Shown here one piece after another: positions 63,850 through 64,000 of a stretch of DNA of 64,000 nucleotides (positions within the stretch are counted from its first letter, which is position 1; each line of letters begins with the position of its first letter). The position numbers and the translations under genes were made by a program. Where the stretch lies: IMG/VR virus record IMGVR_UViG_3300044640_001495, positions 248,001 to 312,000 of that record; one strand, 5' to 3'. The notes beneath the pieces are model-generated. The model ran no database searches. It was not told the origin of the DNA and saw only the letters and a list, made by a program, of their open reading frames with translations.

Positions 63850-64000
63850 ACTCTCTGTCTCTACCCTAACCAACGTCTAGCTAGGGCCGTGACGGTCATT
63901 ACTTCCTACAGTGCCCGCCAGCTTCAGCTTTCGCTTTGCCTTCATATACTTAGATTGAGCGTGAGCGGCCTCACTGTCCTCGCCTTAAGTACCTAACGGT
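63850..64000 (-). ncRNA. candidate structured RNA, 3' portion, truncated by the window edge
   Basis: No long ORF; hairpins GTGAG-GCCG-CTCAC, AGC-GAAA-GCT and CCCTAGCTAG-ACG-TTGGTTAGGG, plus complementary ACAGTG/CACTGT. Confidence 0.35.

Noticed and set aside
63822-63850. Fifth early promoter at the TTGACA on the minus strand (63845-63850)
   Set aside because: No -10 hexamer at 16-18 nt spacing (TTTCTA at the 17-nt position).
1-64000. Stop-codon reassignment, inteins or introns in core genes, and tRNA genes
   Set aside because: Core genes are full length in code 11 and end in TAA, TGA or TAG; terminase, UvsX, UvsW, primase and helicase have normal sizes; no cloverleaf or TTCGA/CCA tRNA signature was noticed by eye (tRNAscan not run).

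Overview
A 64-kb segment of a large T4-like (myovirus, probably jumbo-class) dsDNA phage genome, read in the standard genetic code. No tRNA, rRNA, CRISPR array, integrase or transposase was seen. From left to right: (1) a full-length NodU/CmcH carbamoyltransferase; (2) a virion module with a 2153-aa repeat-rich tail-fibre-like protein, gp15/gp14/gp13 neck proteins, dNMP kinase, gp18 sheath, gp19 tube, a gp48/54-like protein, gp4, probable small and definite large terminase, and internal-head-like proteins; (3) gp32 SSB, UvsX and UvsY; (4) a roughly 13-kb glycan island with Gmd, a ColD-like PLP enzyme, an epimerase, a cytidylyltransferase-cupin fusion, a methyltransferase and about nine glycosyltransferase-like ORFs; (5) UvsW and a replisome block containing a 192-aa miniature DnaE-like polymerase, primase, a 38-aa PFIY peptide, an N-domain-only carbamoyltransferase, a 2OG-Fe(II) oxygenase and gp41 helicase; (6) a Pol-beta nucleotidyltransferase, a Bax-inhibitor protein, tandem SGNH-like proteins, a malonyl-CoA-decarboxylase-like GNAT and two more 2OG oxygenases; (7) a motif-rich boundary region, small early genes driven by near-identical sigma70 promoters, and a possible structured RNA running off the right edge. 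The most notable signals are a window-wide leaderless-mRNA promoter architecture (TAAATA-N4-7-ATG), the mini-DnaE, the replisome-embedded carbamoyl/oxygenase cassette (a candidate DNA hypermodification system), the late-expressed glycosylation island, and a 44-aa Asp/Glu/Tyr peptide missed by the ORF track. All family assignments come from motif recognition by eye; no database search was run.
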